Sequence record: SRR20825010_791
DNA length: 64,000 nucleotides
Reading direction: 5' to 3' (one strand)
The notes under the pieces were generated by a model. That model saw only the letters and a program-made list of their open reading frames with translations, had not been told where the DNA came from and ran no database searches. Each line of letters opens with the position of its first letter. Within the stretch, counting starts at the first letter, position 1. Shown here in pieces: positions 37,521-47,600 of this stretch. Position numbers and translations under genes: made by a program.

Positions 37521-38978
37521 ATGTCAAAAATAGTTATTCTGGGTGCTGGAATCTCTGGTCATGTGGCCGCAGCACACCTCCGTAGAAAACTCCCCAAAGA
37601 ACATGAAGTTTTAGTGGTCTCCCCCAATAGTAATTACCAATGGATCCCTTCCAATATTTGGATAGGAATTGGAAGAATGGAACCAAAGGACATTATTTTT
37701 CCGTTGGCCCCACTTTACAAAAAGAAAAAAATAGGGTATAAACAGGCAAAGGTGGTTACCTTTCATCCCGAAGGGGATAAGGAAGTGGAAAAACCTTTTG
37801 TTATGGTGGAATATGTAACGGAGGACCAAAAAGGGAAACAGGAAAAAGTTACCTACGATTATTTGATAAATGCAACAGGTCCCAAACTGGCCTTCGATAT
37901 GACGGAGGGTCTGGTACCTGGCACCAACAAGGCCTATTCCGTTTGCACCTACCATCACGCCAACCAGGCTTGGAAGGCTCTTGATGATCTAATTCAGCAG
38001 ATGAAACAAGGTAAAAAGGCCAAAATATTGATTGGTACCGGCCATGCCAAGTCTACCTGTCAAGGTGCTGCTTTTGAGTACATTTTAAATGTAGAACAGG
38101 AATTAAGACGGCACAAGGTCCGGGATATGGTAGAATTGGTCTGGATTGCCAATGAGCCGCATCTGGGAGATTTTGGAATGGATGGGATGCTTTTGAGCTA
38201 TGGCAACAACATAATGAAGTCGAGCGAAATGGTAGAAATGGTTTTTGAAGATCGTGGCATAAAATGGATCATTCGTGCCGGGGTAAATAAAATTGAAGAT
38301 GGAGTGGCACATTATGAAACTTTGGATGGGGAATACCATAAGGAAACATACGATTTTGCCATGCTTATCCCCGCTTTTTCTGGCCATGGCTTTAAGGCCT
38401 TCGATAAGAACGACCAAGATATTACGGAAAAATTGTTTAAAGGCTTTATGATCGTAGATGCCGACTATACCCCTAAACCCTATGAGGAATGGTCCGTTCA
38501 GGATTGGCCGGAAACCTATCAGAATCCTTCCTACCCCAATATCTTTGCCCCTGGCATAGCTTTTGCTCCCCCGCATGCCATTTCAAAACCTAGGGTAAGT
38601 AAAAATGGAACGGCTATTTCCCCATCGCCCCCAAGAACCGGGATGCCGTCTGGAATAACAGCGAAGCTGGTTGCAGAAAATATAATAGATACCATTAAGA
38701 ATGGTAAGACCTCCTTGCATCACCGGGGATCCATGGGCAACATGGGTGCCGCATGTATAGCCTCTGCTGGTTATGGTATGACCAAGGGCAGCGGAATAAG
38801 TATAACCACTTTTCCCATAGTCCCGGATTATAATAAGTATCCCGATACCCAAGGACGGCAATTGGGGAAAACCTTCGGAGAAATTGGTTTGGCGGGCCAT
38901 TGGCTTAAGTTGGCCCTGCACTATGCCTTTCTATATAAGGCCAAAATGAAACCTTTTTGGTGGTTGATTCCCGAATAA
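37521..38978 (+). CDS. sqr: Sulfide:quinone oxidoreductase family flavoprotein
   Basis: GAGISG, PSNIW, NATG; three Cys motifs SVCTYHHA, STCQGAAFEY, AACIASAG; PRTG; amphipathic C-terminus KLALHYAFLYKAK. Confidence 0.85.
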   Translation: MSKIVILGAGISGHVAAAHLRRKLPKEHEVLVVSPNSNYQWIPSNIWIGIGRMEPKDIIFPLAPLYKKKKIGYKQAKVVTFHPEGDKEVEKPFVMVEYVTEDQKGKQEKVTYDYLINATGPKLAFDMTEGLVPGTNKAYSVCTYHHANQAWKALDDLIQQMKQGKKAKILIGTGHAKSTCQGAAFEYILNVEQELRRHKVRDMVELVWIANEPHLGDFGMDGMLLSYGNNIMKSSEMVEMVFEDRGIKWIIRAGVNKIEDGVAHYETLDGEYHKETYDFAMLIPAFSGHGFKAFDKNDQDITEKLFKGFMIVDADYTPKPYEEWSVQDWPETYQNPSYPNIFAPGIAFAPPHAISKPRVSKNGTAISPSPPRTGMPSGITAKLVAENIIDTIKNGKTSLHHRGSMGNMGAACIASAGYGMTKGSGISITTFPIVPDYNKYPDTQGRQLGKTFGEIGLAGHWLKLALHYAFLYKAKMKPFWWLIPE

Positions 38979-39016
38979 AAGGCAACTTTTAATAACTCAA
39001 AATCCAATAACCTAAA

Positions 39017-39163
39017 ATGGAAAACATGACACGAAGAATATCAAAATCCAAGCGCTTTTATATGATGAACCCTATTATCCAATTTTTTAAATTCATTTGG
39101 TTGAGTATAAAAATAATGTTGATCGTTGCGGGTGGTCACGGGGGCACCAGAAAGGCACAATAA
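39017..39163 (+). CDS. 48-aa small hydrophobic protein downstream of sqr (absent from the ORF track)
   Basis: MENMTRRISKSKRFYMMNPIIQFFKFIWLSIKIMLIVAGGHGGTRKAQ; A-rich start context TAAAATG, 38 nt after the sqr stop. Confidence 0.7.
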   Translation: MENMTRRISKSKRFYMMNPIIQFFKFIWLSIKIMLIVAGGHGGTRKAQ

Positions 39164-39325
39164 ATTATCCCGGACCATAATGAGTTTTGCACGGAGCAGT
39201 GAATTGAAATCTAATCTGGGCAAAGGATTATCGTCACCTTGTAATTTATCTTTTCCCTAGTTGAAATTTAGAACACCTTCCAAAAAATAATCTAACCTTC
39301 CTTTATATTTCAAAGCTGAGGCTTG

Positions 39326-39343
39326 TGTAACTTAAGTAGCTGT
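39326..39343 (+). promoter_or_regulatory. Degenerate GTAAC-N4-GT(A)GC box upstream of the DUF2202 gene
   Basis: TGTAACTTAAGTAGCTGT, same TGT flank as the other copies. Confidence 0.55.
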
Positions 39344-39394
39344 ATTTCTGTTTAATATGTTGGATATTGCTTATGAAACGTAAATCTATTAGCA

Positions 39395-40024
39395 ATGAAA
39401 CTTTTTAAACAAATAAGAACCAATTTATTCATTTTTGGCTTACCGTTCCTTTTGGCAGTGTTCTCCTGTAACAATGATGATTCATCCGTTGCGGATCTGA
39501 ATAATACAAACCTCACTAATGATGACAATGCGGCGTTATTGTTTATGTTGGAAGAGGAAAAGTTGGCAAGGGATACGTATACCTATTTGGAGGATTTATG
39601 GGAAATAAATCAGTTTTCAAATATAAAGAAAAGTGAACAAAGCCATATGAATGCCGTTATTGGCCTTTTGGACCAATATGATATTTCCTATACCCTTTTA
39701 TCATATGGGGAGTTTAATAACCCAGAAATTCAAAAACTTTATGATCAGTTTATTGATTACGGCAGTGAAAATAAGGCAAATGCCTTGGAGGTCGGTGCCA
39801 ACATTGAAGATTTGGACATTGTGGATTTGGCCAATTTTATTGATGCCACGACCAATAGTGCCATGATACAAGTATTTGAAAGCCTACAATGTGGAAGCCG
39901 TAACCACCTCAGGAGCTTTGTCAATGCCATTGAACTATTGGGGAATACTTATGAGCCCCAGTATTTAACCCAGGAAGACTATACCTTAATAATCAATGAT
40001 AGCCAGGAACAATGTGGTCCGTAA
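39395..40024 (+). CDS. DUF2202 ferritin-like lipoprotein
   Basis: AVFSC lipobox; MLEEEKLARDTY, SEQSHM, IEDLDIVDL, GSRNHLRSF. Confidence 0.88.
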   Translation: MKLFKQIRTNLFIFGLPFLLAVFSCNNDDSSVADLNNTNLTNDDNAALLFMLEEEKLARDTYTYLEDLWEINQFSNIKKSEQSHMNAVIGLLDQYDISYTLLSYGEFNNPEIQKLYDQFIDYGSENKANALEVGANIEDLDIVDLANFIDATTNSAMIQVFESLQCGSRNHLRSFVNAIELLGNTYEPQYLTQEDYTLIINDSQEQCGP

Positions 40025-40164
40025 AGGATTTTATTAAACAGACTTTCAAAAGAAGAACTGAATAATTTGGCCGACCCAATTTTGATCACAGGTCAAATGC
40101 CTCAAACATGTTGGCTGTCTTAAACTATATTCCTTGACCATAAATAACTTTAGTTAGGTCTTCC

Positions 40165-40264
40165 TGTGTAACAATTGTTACACAACAATATGTGTAACTT
40201 ATTGATTTAAAATATATTGACTGACATATATCATTTTCCGCTCCTATTAAAGAACATACATTTA
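40165..40264 (+). promoter_or_regulatory. Perfect GTAAC-N4-GTTAC palindrome plus ACTGA-N6-TCAT box and -7-like element
   Basis: TGTGTAACAATTGTTACACA (40165-40184); ACTGACATATATCAT (40220-40234); TACATTTA (40257-40264). Confidence 0.7.
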
Positions 40265-40291
40265 AACATATTAATTGATAAAACACAAATC

Positions 40292-40966
40292 ATGAAAAGA
40301 ATAATTTTTACAATGGTATTTATTGCATTTGGATCAATAATGCTTAATGCACAGGACCAAGACCAATTACGGGATAGGGACCAAGATCGATTAATGTTGG
40401 TGGATGGTGATGTACTACAAATTAGAGATCGAGACCAAATAAGATTACAAGATCCCGTAACATTAAATGATGGAACGGTTGTAAATCCTGATGGTTCTTA
40501 TATAACTAGGGATAAGGATCGTTTACGTCTAAAGGATGGGGAATGTTTGGACAATGATGGTATTAAATACCGTAATGAGTACCAATACAGATACAAAGTA
40601 AAACAGGAAAACAAAGGTCTTACCGAGGCTCAAATGCAGGAACGTAACCAAAATAGGTTTCAGATTATGCAAATAGGTGGTGAAGTATATCAAATTAGAA
40701 ATCAAGAACAAAAACGTCTTCAGCAGCAATTAAACCTCGGCGACGGAATATTGGTCAATCCTGATGGAACCTACCAAAGCCAAGACCGCAAACAGCTTAA
40801 ATTGCAAGATGGAGAATGTTTAAATATGGATGGTACCATGTATAAGAATTCATATCTACATCGTAAAATGATGGTTCAAAAAAACATGAAAGTAAACAAA
40901 AACATGAAGATGAAAAGCAGAGTTAAGAAGTCAACGACTATGAAAAAGAATAAAGGCAACAATTAA
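40292..40966 (+). CDS. Secreted protein with two DUF6799-like repeats and Q/D/R-rich segments
   Basis: ATG 40292 gives signal peptide MKRIIF...LNA-Q; duplicated VNPDG...L.L.DGECL..DG; Lys/Met-rich tail. Confidence 0.75.
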   Translation: MKRIIFTMVFIAFGSIMLNAQDQDQLRDRDQDRLMLVDGDVLQIRDRDQIRLQDPVTLNDGTVVNPDGSYITRDKDRLRLKDGECLDNDGIKYRNEYQYRYKVKQENKGLTEAQMQERNQNRFQIMQIGGEVYQIRNQEQKRLQQQLNLGDGILVNPDGTYQSQDRKQLKLQDGECLNMDGTMYKNSYLHRKMMVQKNMKVNKNMKMKSRVKKSTTMKKNKGNN

Positions 40967-40974
40967 GAAATACC

Positions 40975-41012
40975 AATGGGATGTAGGAATTTTTAAATTC
41001 CTACATCCCATT
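40975..41012. terminator. Perfect 18-bp inverted repeat (terminator or mRNA-stabilising hairpin)
   Basis: AATGGGATGTAGGAATTT-TT-AAATTCCTACATCCCATT; only a short T run follows. Confidence 0.7.
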
Positions 41013-41040
41013 TCCAATAAAGAACATAAACTTATATCTA

Positions 41041-41943
41041 ATGAAATCCCGGCTAATTATATCTTCATTAATATTTTTTGCTCTTAATACCGGGGTGATG
41101 TCCCAAAATAATAAAAAATCTGTCCAAGAAAAATCCAATGACAATGAATCTTACGTTCTAACCGATGTAAGCTACATAAATGATGCTGTGTTTATGGGAA
41201 GGCGGGATTCTATTGCAGCCCCATATATTTACCCTTCTATTGGCTATTACGATAAGACGGGTTTTTTTGCAGATGCCTCAGTATCGTATTTAACGGCATC
41301 CAACGAAAACAGGGTAGATCTTTTTTTAATCAGTTCAGGGTTTATATTTAATGGATCACAGATTAGTGGAGGAATATCGGGAACCGCTTATTTTTTTAAT
41401 GAGGACAGTTATAATGTTAGGTCCGAAGTTATTGGCGATATTACCGGAGTTTTAAGTTATGACTTAAAGTTTCTGGAAATTACACTTTCGGCAAGTACAT
41501 ATTTTAATAAAGAAAGTTCAGTAGATATTTTTACTGGACTAAAATTGGATAGAACCTTTTATACTCTTGGGAACAAGCTATTGCTGGATCCGGGTATTTC
41601 CCTGTATACCGGATCACAATATTTCTATCAGGAATATTATAGTAGCAGTCGTTTAGGCAACAGAAAGGGAAAAGGAAAGGGGGCTACTGATACAGAACCA
41701 ACTACCTCCACTGTGGTGGAAATAAAGGAGGCATCAGAGTTTAATCTCTTAAACCTGGAGTTAAGTCTTCCTGCGCAATTTTATCACAAGCAATTTATTT
41801 TTTCTATTACCCCTTCCTTGTCTTTTCCCCAAAGCAGTGCCACTATAAGTACCGAGGATACCATTATAAAGGAAGATCTAAAAAATACATTCTATTGGAC
41901 CATTGGCGTTAGCTATTGGTTTTATACCAAAAAAAGAAACTAA
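41041..41943 (+). CDS. Uncharacterised outer-membrane beta-barrel-like protein
   Basis: Signal peptide, alternating aromatic/hydrophobic strands, C-terminal YWTIGVSYWF. Confidence 0.65.
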   Translation: MKSRLIISSLIFFALNTGVMSQNNKKSVQEKSNDNESYVLTDVSYINDAVFMGRRDSIAAPYIYPSIGYYDKTGFFADASVSYLTASNENRVDLFLISSGFIFNGSQISGGISGTAYFFNEDSYNVRSEVIGDITGVLSYDLKFLEITLSASTYFNKESSVDIFTGLKLDRTFYTLGNKLLLDPGISLYTGSQYFYQEYYSSSRLGNRKGKGKGATDTEPTTSTVVEIKEASEFNLLNLELSLPAQFYHKQFIFSITPSLSFPQSSATISTEDTIIKEDLKNTFYWTIGVSYWFYTKKRN

Positions 41944-41973
41944 AATTGGTTATCCCAATGGGATCAATTCCTT

Positions 41974-42018
41974 GGTAACATTAGTTACTGTGCAATCCTT
42001 TTACTCCCCCTAATTTTG
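41974..42018 (+). promoter_or_regulatory. GTAAC-N4-GTTAC box + consensus -7 box upstream of the TolC-RND operon
   Basis: GGTAACATTAGTTACTGTG (41974-41992); TAATTTTG (42011-42018). Confidence 0.75.
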
Positions 42019-42036
42019 TCTTAAATAATTAGAACG

Positions 42037-43341
42037 ATGAAGAATATCATTTATATACTGTCTTTTTTGGGAACCTTGTCCTTGGTTCACGCTCAGGAAA
42101 GAGTGTTGATCAGCAAGGAAGAGGTATTGACCAAAGTGAGGGAAAACAACAATACCCTTAAAATGTCCCAACAGGATGTGTTGGCCGCCAAAGGAGATTT
42201 TAATCAGTCCAATGCGGTAATATTGCCTAATATAAGTGTCTCCCATACCGCTATTGCTACTACCAATCCTCTAATGGCATTTGGTTCCAAATTGAACCAG
42301 GAAATTTTGACACAGGCCGATTTTGATCCCCTCTTATTAAACAACCCCAGTCAGATCGAGGATTACGCAACACGTATAGTAGTGCAGCAGCCTTTGGTAA
42401 ATTTGGACGGAATTTTTCAACGTAAGGCTGCAAAAGCCAAATTGAATGCTGTGGAGTTAAAAGCTGATAGGACCAATGATTATATAGACTTGGAGGTGGA
42501 AAAGGCCTATATGCAGTTACAGTTGGCCTATAAGTCCGTCTCGGTTTTGGAAGAGGCGAAAAAGGCGGCAATGGAAAATAAACGTTTGGCGGATAATAGT
42601 TTTAAGCAAGGATATCTTCAAAAATCGGATGTCCTAGCCGTAGAGGTTAGGCTTACCGAAATAGACAATCAGTTGCAGTATGCCAAGAGCAATATCCAAA
42701 ATGTCTCCAATTACATATCTGTCTTGATGAACGATAACAGTTATGCTGTTTTACAACCATCGGATTCCTTGACCCTAGTGGTGAGTGATATCTATACGGA
42801 AGGATTGCCTGAGAATAGAAAGGACCTACAGGCCATGTCCTTGTCCACTGAGGCATACCAACAAATGTACAAGGCAGACAAAATGAGTTTCCTTCCTAGC
42901 TTAAATGCCTTTGGAACCTATGAATTGCACGATGATCAAGTTTTTCAGGGCAATGCCAATGGATATTTGATAGGGGCAGAATTAAAATGGAACATTTTTG
43001 AAGGCAGTAAGCGTTTTGGAAAGGTCCAAAAGAGTAGGGCCGAATTTGAAAAATCCAAGCTGGAACTGCATCAATATAAAGCGGAAAGTCAGGTAGAGTT
43101 GAATAGGGCCATGCGTTTGCTTCAAGATGCCAAAAACAATTTGGAGCTTACCTCCTTGGCCTTGCAACAGTCGGAAGAATCCCTCCGTATACGTACCAAT
43201 AGATTTACACAAGGCTTGGAGAAAACGACCGACCTATTAAATACCGAAACCCAATTTTCCCAGAAGAGATTGGAATATTACACCACTATTTTCAATTATA
43301 ATTACGCCTTGGCTTATGTAAAGTTTTTAACCAAGGAATAA
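42037..43341 (+). CDS. TolC family outer-membrane channel
   Basis: Signal peptide (VHA-Q), ILPNISVS, FLPSLNAF, KWNIFEG. Confidence 0.92.
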   Translation: MKNIIYILSFLGTLSLVHAQERVLISKEEVLTKVRENNNTLKMSQQDVLAAKGDFNQSNAVILPNISVSHTAIATTNPLMAFGSKLNQEILTQADFDPLLLNNPSQIEDYATRIVVQQPLVNLDGIFQRKAAKAKLNAVELKADRTNDYIDLEVEKAYMQLQLAYKSVSVLEEAKKAAMENKRLADNSFKQGYLQKSDVLAVEVRLTEIDNQLQYAKSNIQNVSNYISVLMNDNSYAVLQPSDSLTLVVSDIYTEGLPENRKDLQAMSLSTEAYQQMYKADKMSFLPSLNAFGTYELHDDQVFQGNANGYLIGAELKWNIFEGSKRFGKVQKSRAEFEKSKLELHQYKAESQVELNRAMRLLQDAKNNLELTSLALQQSEESLRIRTNRFTQGLEKTTDLLNTETQFSQKRLEYYTTIFNYNYALAYVKFLTKE

Positions 43342-43389
43342 GGGCATAAAGTTAATCAATATAAGAAACTATTTAAAGGAATTATACAT

Positions 43390-44469
43390 ATGAAAACAAA
43401 ATTATACATAGCAGCAATCTTCATCTTCGCCATAACGATTAGCAGTTGTGGGAGCGATGATAAAAAAACTGTGGCGGACAATTCTCCTGCCGTGGCCGTT
43501 GAAGTAAGCACGGTTTCTGAAGGGAACAGCAGTCCGTTCCTATCCGCCAGCGGAAAGATAGAGGCGGTGAACAGTGCCAATATAAGTACCAGAATGATGG
43601 GATATGTAGATAAGATTTTCGTACAGGTTGGGGATAAAGTTAATAAAGGACAGCAATTGATAAGTATAAACAATGCAGATATATCTGCTAAGTTGGCCCA
43701 AGTGAATGCAGGTATTACCGAAGCAAATGCCGCTTTTAACAATGCTGAAAAAGATTATAACAGGTATACTGCCTTGTTTAACGAGAACAGTGCTTCCCAA
43801 AAGGAACTGGACGACATTACCGCCAACTACAACATGGCCAAGGCCAGATTGGAAGGGGCCAAACAAATGAAGAACGAGGTGAATGCCCAATTTTCCTATA
43901 GCAATATTCGGGCTCCTTTTAACGGAGTGGTCACCAACAAATTTATTAAGGTTGGGGATATGGCAAATCCAGGGATGCCTTTAGTGGAAGTAGAAAGTCC
44001 GGGTAATTTTCAGGTATTGGCCATGGTACCGGAATCGGAAATTCTAGAGATCAAGTCGGGTTCGGAAGTCGAGGTATTGATCAAGACCCTGGACGAAACC
44101 TTTAAGGGAACAGTAGCGGAAGTGAGTACCTCTGCCAAAAATACTGGAGGACAGTATATGGTTAAGGTAATGTTGGATGAGTCCAATTCCAAACTACTTT
44201 CTGGAATGTACGCCACTGTTCAATTTCCTACTGCAAAAAAAGCGAATACCAATAGGGTGCTTATTCCTCTGGAGGCGATAGTGCAAAACGGACAGTTATC
44301 CGGAGTGTATACGGTTAGTGAGAGCAATACGGCACTATTACGCTGGTTGCGGTTGGGGAGGACTTATGGCGATAGTGTAGAGGTATTGTCAGGACTTTCT
44401 GCCGAGGAACAATATATAATATCGGCCGAAGCCAAATTGTTCAATGGGGCTAGGATTAGTATCCAATAA
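43390..44469 (+). CDS. RND periplasmic adaptor (MFP) lipoprotein
   Basis: ISSC lipobox; GDKVNKGQQL, IRAPFNGVV, LLSGMYATV, VEVLSGL. Confidence 0.93.
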   Translation: MKTKLYIAAIFIFAITISSCGSDDKKTVADNSPAVAVEVSTVSEGNSSPFLSASGKIEAVNSANISTRMMGYVDKIFVQVGDKVNKGQQLISINNADISAKLAQVNAGITEANAAFNNAEKDYNRYTALFNENSASQKELDDITANYNMAKARLEGAKQMKNEVNAQFSYSNIRAPFNGVVTNKFIKVGDMANPGMPLVEVESPGNFQVLAMVPESEILEIKSGSEVEVLIKTLDETFKGTVAEVSTSAKNTGGQYMVKVMLDESNSKLLSGMYATVQFPTAKKANTNRVLIPLEAIVQNGQLSGVYTVSESNTALLRWLRLGRTYGDSVEVLSGLSAEEQYIISAEAKLFNGARISIQ

Positions 44470-44490
44470 CCAAAGTTTGAAAAATCGGAT

Positions 44491-44585
44491 TTGCGTTGGG
44501 CCTGCCTGCCGGTAGGCAAGGATTGTAGCGATTACCCCAAGACTTCTATACCTGCAAGGTTTCCAAAACCTTGTAGGTATAAGAA
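44491..44585. repeat. Cluster of intergenic palindromic (REP-like) elements
   Basis: CCTGCCTGCCGGTAGGCAAGG (44501-44521) and hairpin TATACCTGCAAGGTTT-CCA-AAACCTTGTAGGTATA (44547-44581). Confidence 0.65.
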
Positions 44586-44649
44586 AACGGGAATTGGGTC
44601 ATTCAAGAATAAGCGAAGGTAACGCCCAAAACAAAAATAAAAGATAAAG

Positions 44650-47600
44650 ATGAAAGAAGGATTAGCAGGCAAAATTGCCAAAGCATTTATAGGATCTAAG
44701 TTAACGGTCCTTTTAATGATCGTGTTCATGGTCATTGGGGTATATAGTTCGTTCCTAATTCCAAGGGAGGAGGAGCCTCAGATAGATGTGCCTATGGCAG
44801 ATATCTTTGTAGGCTATCCAGGGGCCAGTCCCACTGAAGTAGAGAGCAGGGTAACCAAACCCCTTGAAAAGTTAATCTCCAATATTAAGGGTGTGGAGTA
44901 CGTCTACTCTACCTCTATGGAGGAACAGGGAATGGTTATAGTGCAGTTTTATGTTGGTGAGGATATAGAACGTTCGTTTGTTAAACTACAGAACGAGATC
45001 AATAAGCATATGGACGAAATGCCACAAGGTGTTACCTTCCCTTTGATAAAGACCAGGGCTATAGATGATGTTCCCATGTTGGGACTTACCTTATGGAGTG
45101 AAAGTTATGACGATTACCAACTAAAGCAAATAGCTCAGGAGCTTACCGATGAAATTGAAAAAGTAAACGATGTGTCCGCTACCCAAAGAATTGGTGGACG
45201 AAATAGACAATTAAGGGTGGTATTGGACAAGGATAAATTGGCGGAAAGCGGGTTGGATTTTCTTACCGTTGCCCAAATGATCAAGGCCAATAACCAACAA
45301 ATTAGCGGTGGTACTTTTGATAAGAACGATACCGAATTTATGGTGACCACAGGTAAATTCCTGGAAACTGCTACCGATGTTGAAAATTTGGTGGTAGGCG
45401 TACAACAGAACCGTCCTATTTATCTGAAGCAGATTGCCAGTATACAGGATGGCCCCGAAATTCCTAAGGAATACGTATCCCTCGGTTTTGGGCAGGGAAG
45501 TGAACAAAGGGAAACCTATAAGTCCGAATATCCTGCAGTAACCATTTCCATAGCCAAGCGCAAAGGGGCGGACGCCATGAATATATCGGATATTATTTTG
45601 GAGAAGGTAGATCATTTAAAGAAAAATCTTATCCCGGATGATGTGCATGTGGAGGTGACACGGAACTACGGGGAAACGGCGTCCCACAAGGTATCCGAAC
45701 TGTTAATGCACCTTATTGGTGCCATAATAGCGGTGACCTTTGTAGTAATGTTGGCCATGGGATGGCGTGGGGGATTGGTGGTGTTTCTATCCGTACCCAT
45801 CACCTTTGCCTTAACTCTATTGAGTTATTATTTGTTGGACTACACCTTGAACCGTATCACCTTATTTGCATTGGTTTTTGTAACGGGTATTGTGGTGGAC
45901 GACTCCATTATTATTGCGGAAAACATGCACCGGCATTTTAAAATGAAACGCCTGCCGTTTAAACAGGCTGCACTGTATGCCATTAATGAAGTGGGCAACC
46001 CAACCATATTGGCCACTTTTACAGTAATTGCTTCTGTATTGCCAATGGCTTTTGTCTCCGGTCTTATGGGGCCTTATATGTCGCCAATGCCGATTGGAGC
46101 TTCAATTGCCATGTTGTTGTCCCTTTTTGTTGCCTTGACGATAACACCATATTTGGGGTATATATTTCTTAGGGAGAAGGATAAAAAAGGAGAGGAAAAG
46201 GTAGAGAAACCTTTGGAGGAAACCTTTATATATAGAATGTACCATAAGTTTGAAAACCCTTTGATCGAAAACAAAAAGAAACGATGGTTGTTTTTGGGAA
46301 TTACCTTTCTGTTGCTATTGGGTTCTATAGGGATGTTCTTTACCAAATCGGTGGCGGTAAAAATGTTGCCGTTCGACAATAAGAACGAATTTCAGGTGGT
46401 CATAGACATGCCCGAAGGGACTACTTTGGAACGTACGGGAGTAGTGGCAAAGGAGATTGCCCAATATTTGAACACCCGTCCAGAGGTGGTAAACTACCAG
46501 AGTTATGTGGGTACTTCCGCACCAATAACATTCAACGGACTTGTACGTCATTATGATATGAGGGGAGGAAGTAATATGGCCGATATTCAAGTGAATTTAT
46601 TGGATAAGGGCGACCGATCTGCCCAAAGTCATGAGATAGCCAGTTTATTACGTCCGGAGATACAACGTATTGGGAACAAGTATAATGCCAACGTTAAGAT
46701 TGTTGAGGTACCACCTGGACCTCCGGTGTTGTCTACCATTGTTGGGGAAATATATGGCCCTGATTATGACACACAAATGGATATTGCAGATCAGGTACAG
46801 CAGATTTTGAAAAACACCCCGGATGTGGTGGATGTGGATTGGATGGTAGAAGCAGACCAAGTGGAATATCAGTTTATAATAGACAAGGAAAAGGCAATGC
46901 TCTATGGTGTGGCACCACAACAAATTGCCCATACCATGAATATGGCCCTGTCGGAAAGGGCGGTGACCAATCTATACGATGAAAATGCTTCCATTCAAAT
47001 AGGTTTGATATTGGCCTTGGAAGAAAAGGAAAAATCAACTATTCAGGATATTGCCCAATTGAAGGTGAAATCACAGCAAGGAAATATGGTCCCTATAGCA
47101 GATTTGGTAGCTATAGAGCAGACCACAAGGGCCAAGAGTATTTATAGAAAAAACCAAAAGCGGGTGGTCTATGTACTGGCCGATATGGCCGGGGATTTGG
47201 AAAGTCCAGTGTATGCCATTTTGGGAATGACCGATAAGTTGAAGGCAATGAATTTGCCAAAGGGATATTCCATTGATGAGCTGTACATAAAGCAACCCGA
47301 TTTTGAGGATAATTACACCGTAAAATGGGATGGGGAATGGCAGATAACCTTGGAGGTATTCCGGGATCTGGGATTGGCCTTCCTAGGGGTAATTTTCATC
47401 ATCTATATATTGATCGTGGGCTGGTTCCAAAATTTTAAGGCCCCAGTAGTGATGATGGTGGCCATACCACTTTCCTTAATCGGGATTGTATTGGGACATT
47501 GGATGTTGGATGCATTTTTTACGGCAACTTCCTTTATTGGAATGATTGCGCTAGCGGGAATTATGGTTAGGAACTCGGTGTTATTGATCGATTTTATTAA

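Noticed and set aside
39041-39223. 60-aa minus-strand ORF
   Set aside because: Antisense to the better-supported 48-aa plus-strand ORF that follows sqr.
40217-40291. TTG-start extension of the DUF6799-like gene
   Set aside because: Overlaps the predicted promoter elements; ATG 40292 gives a clean signal peptide.
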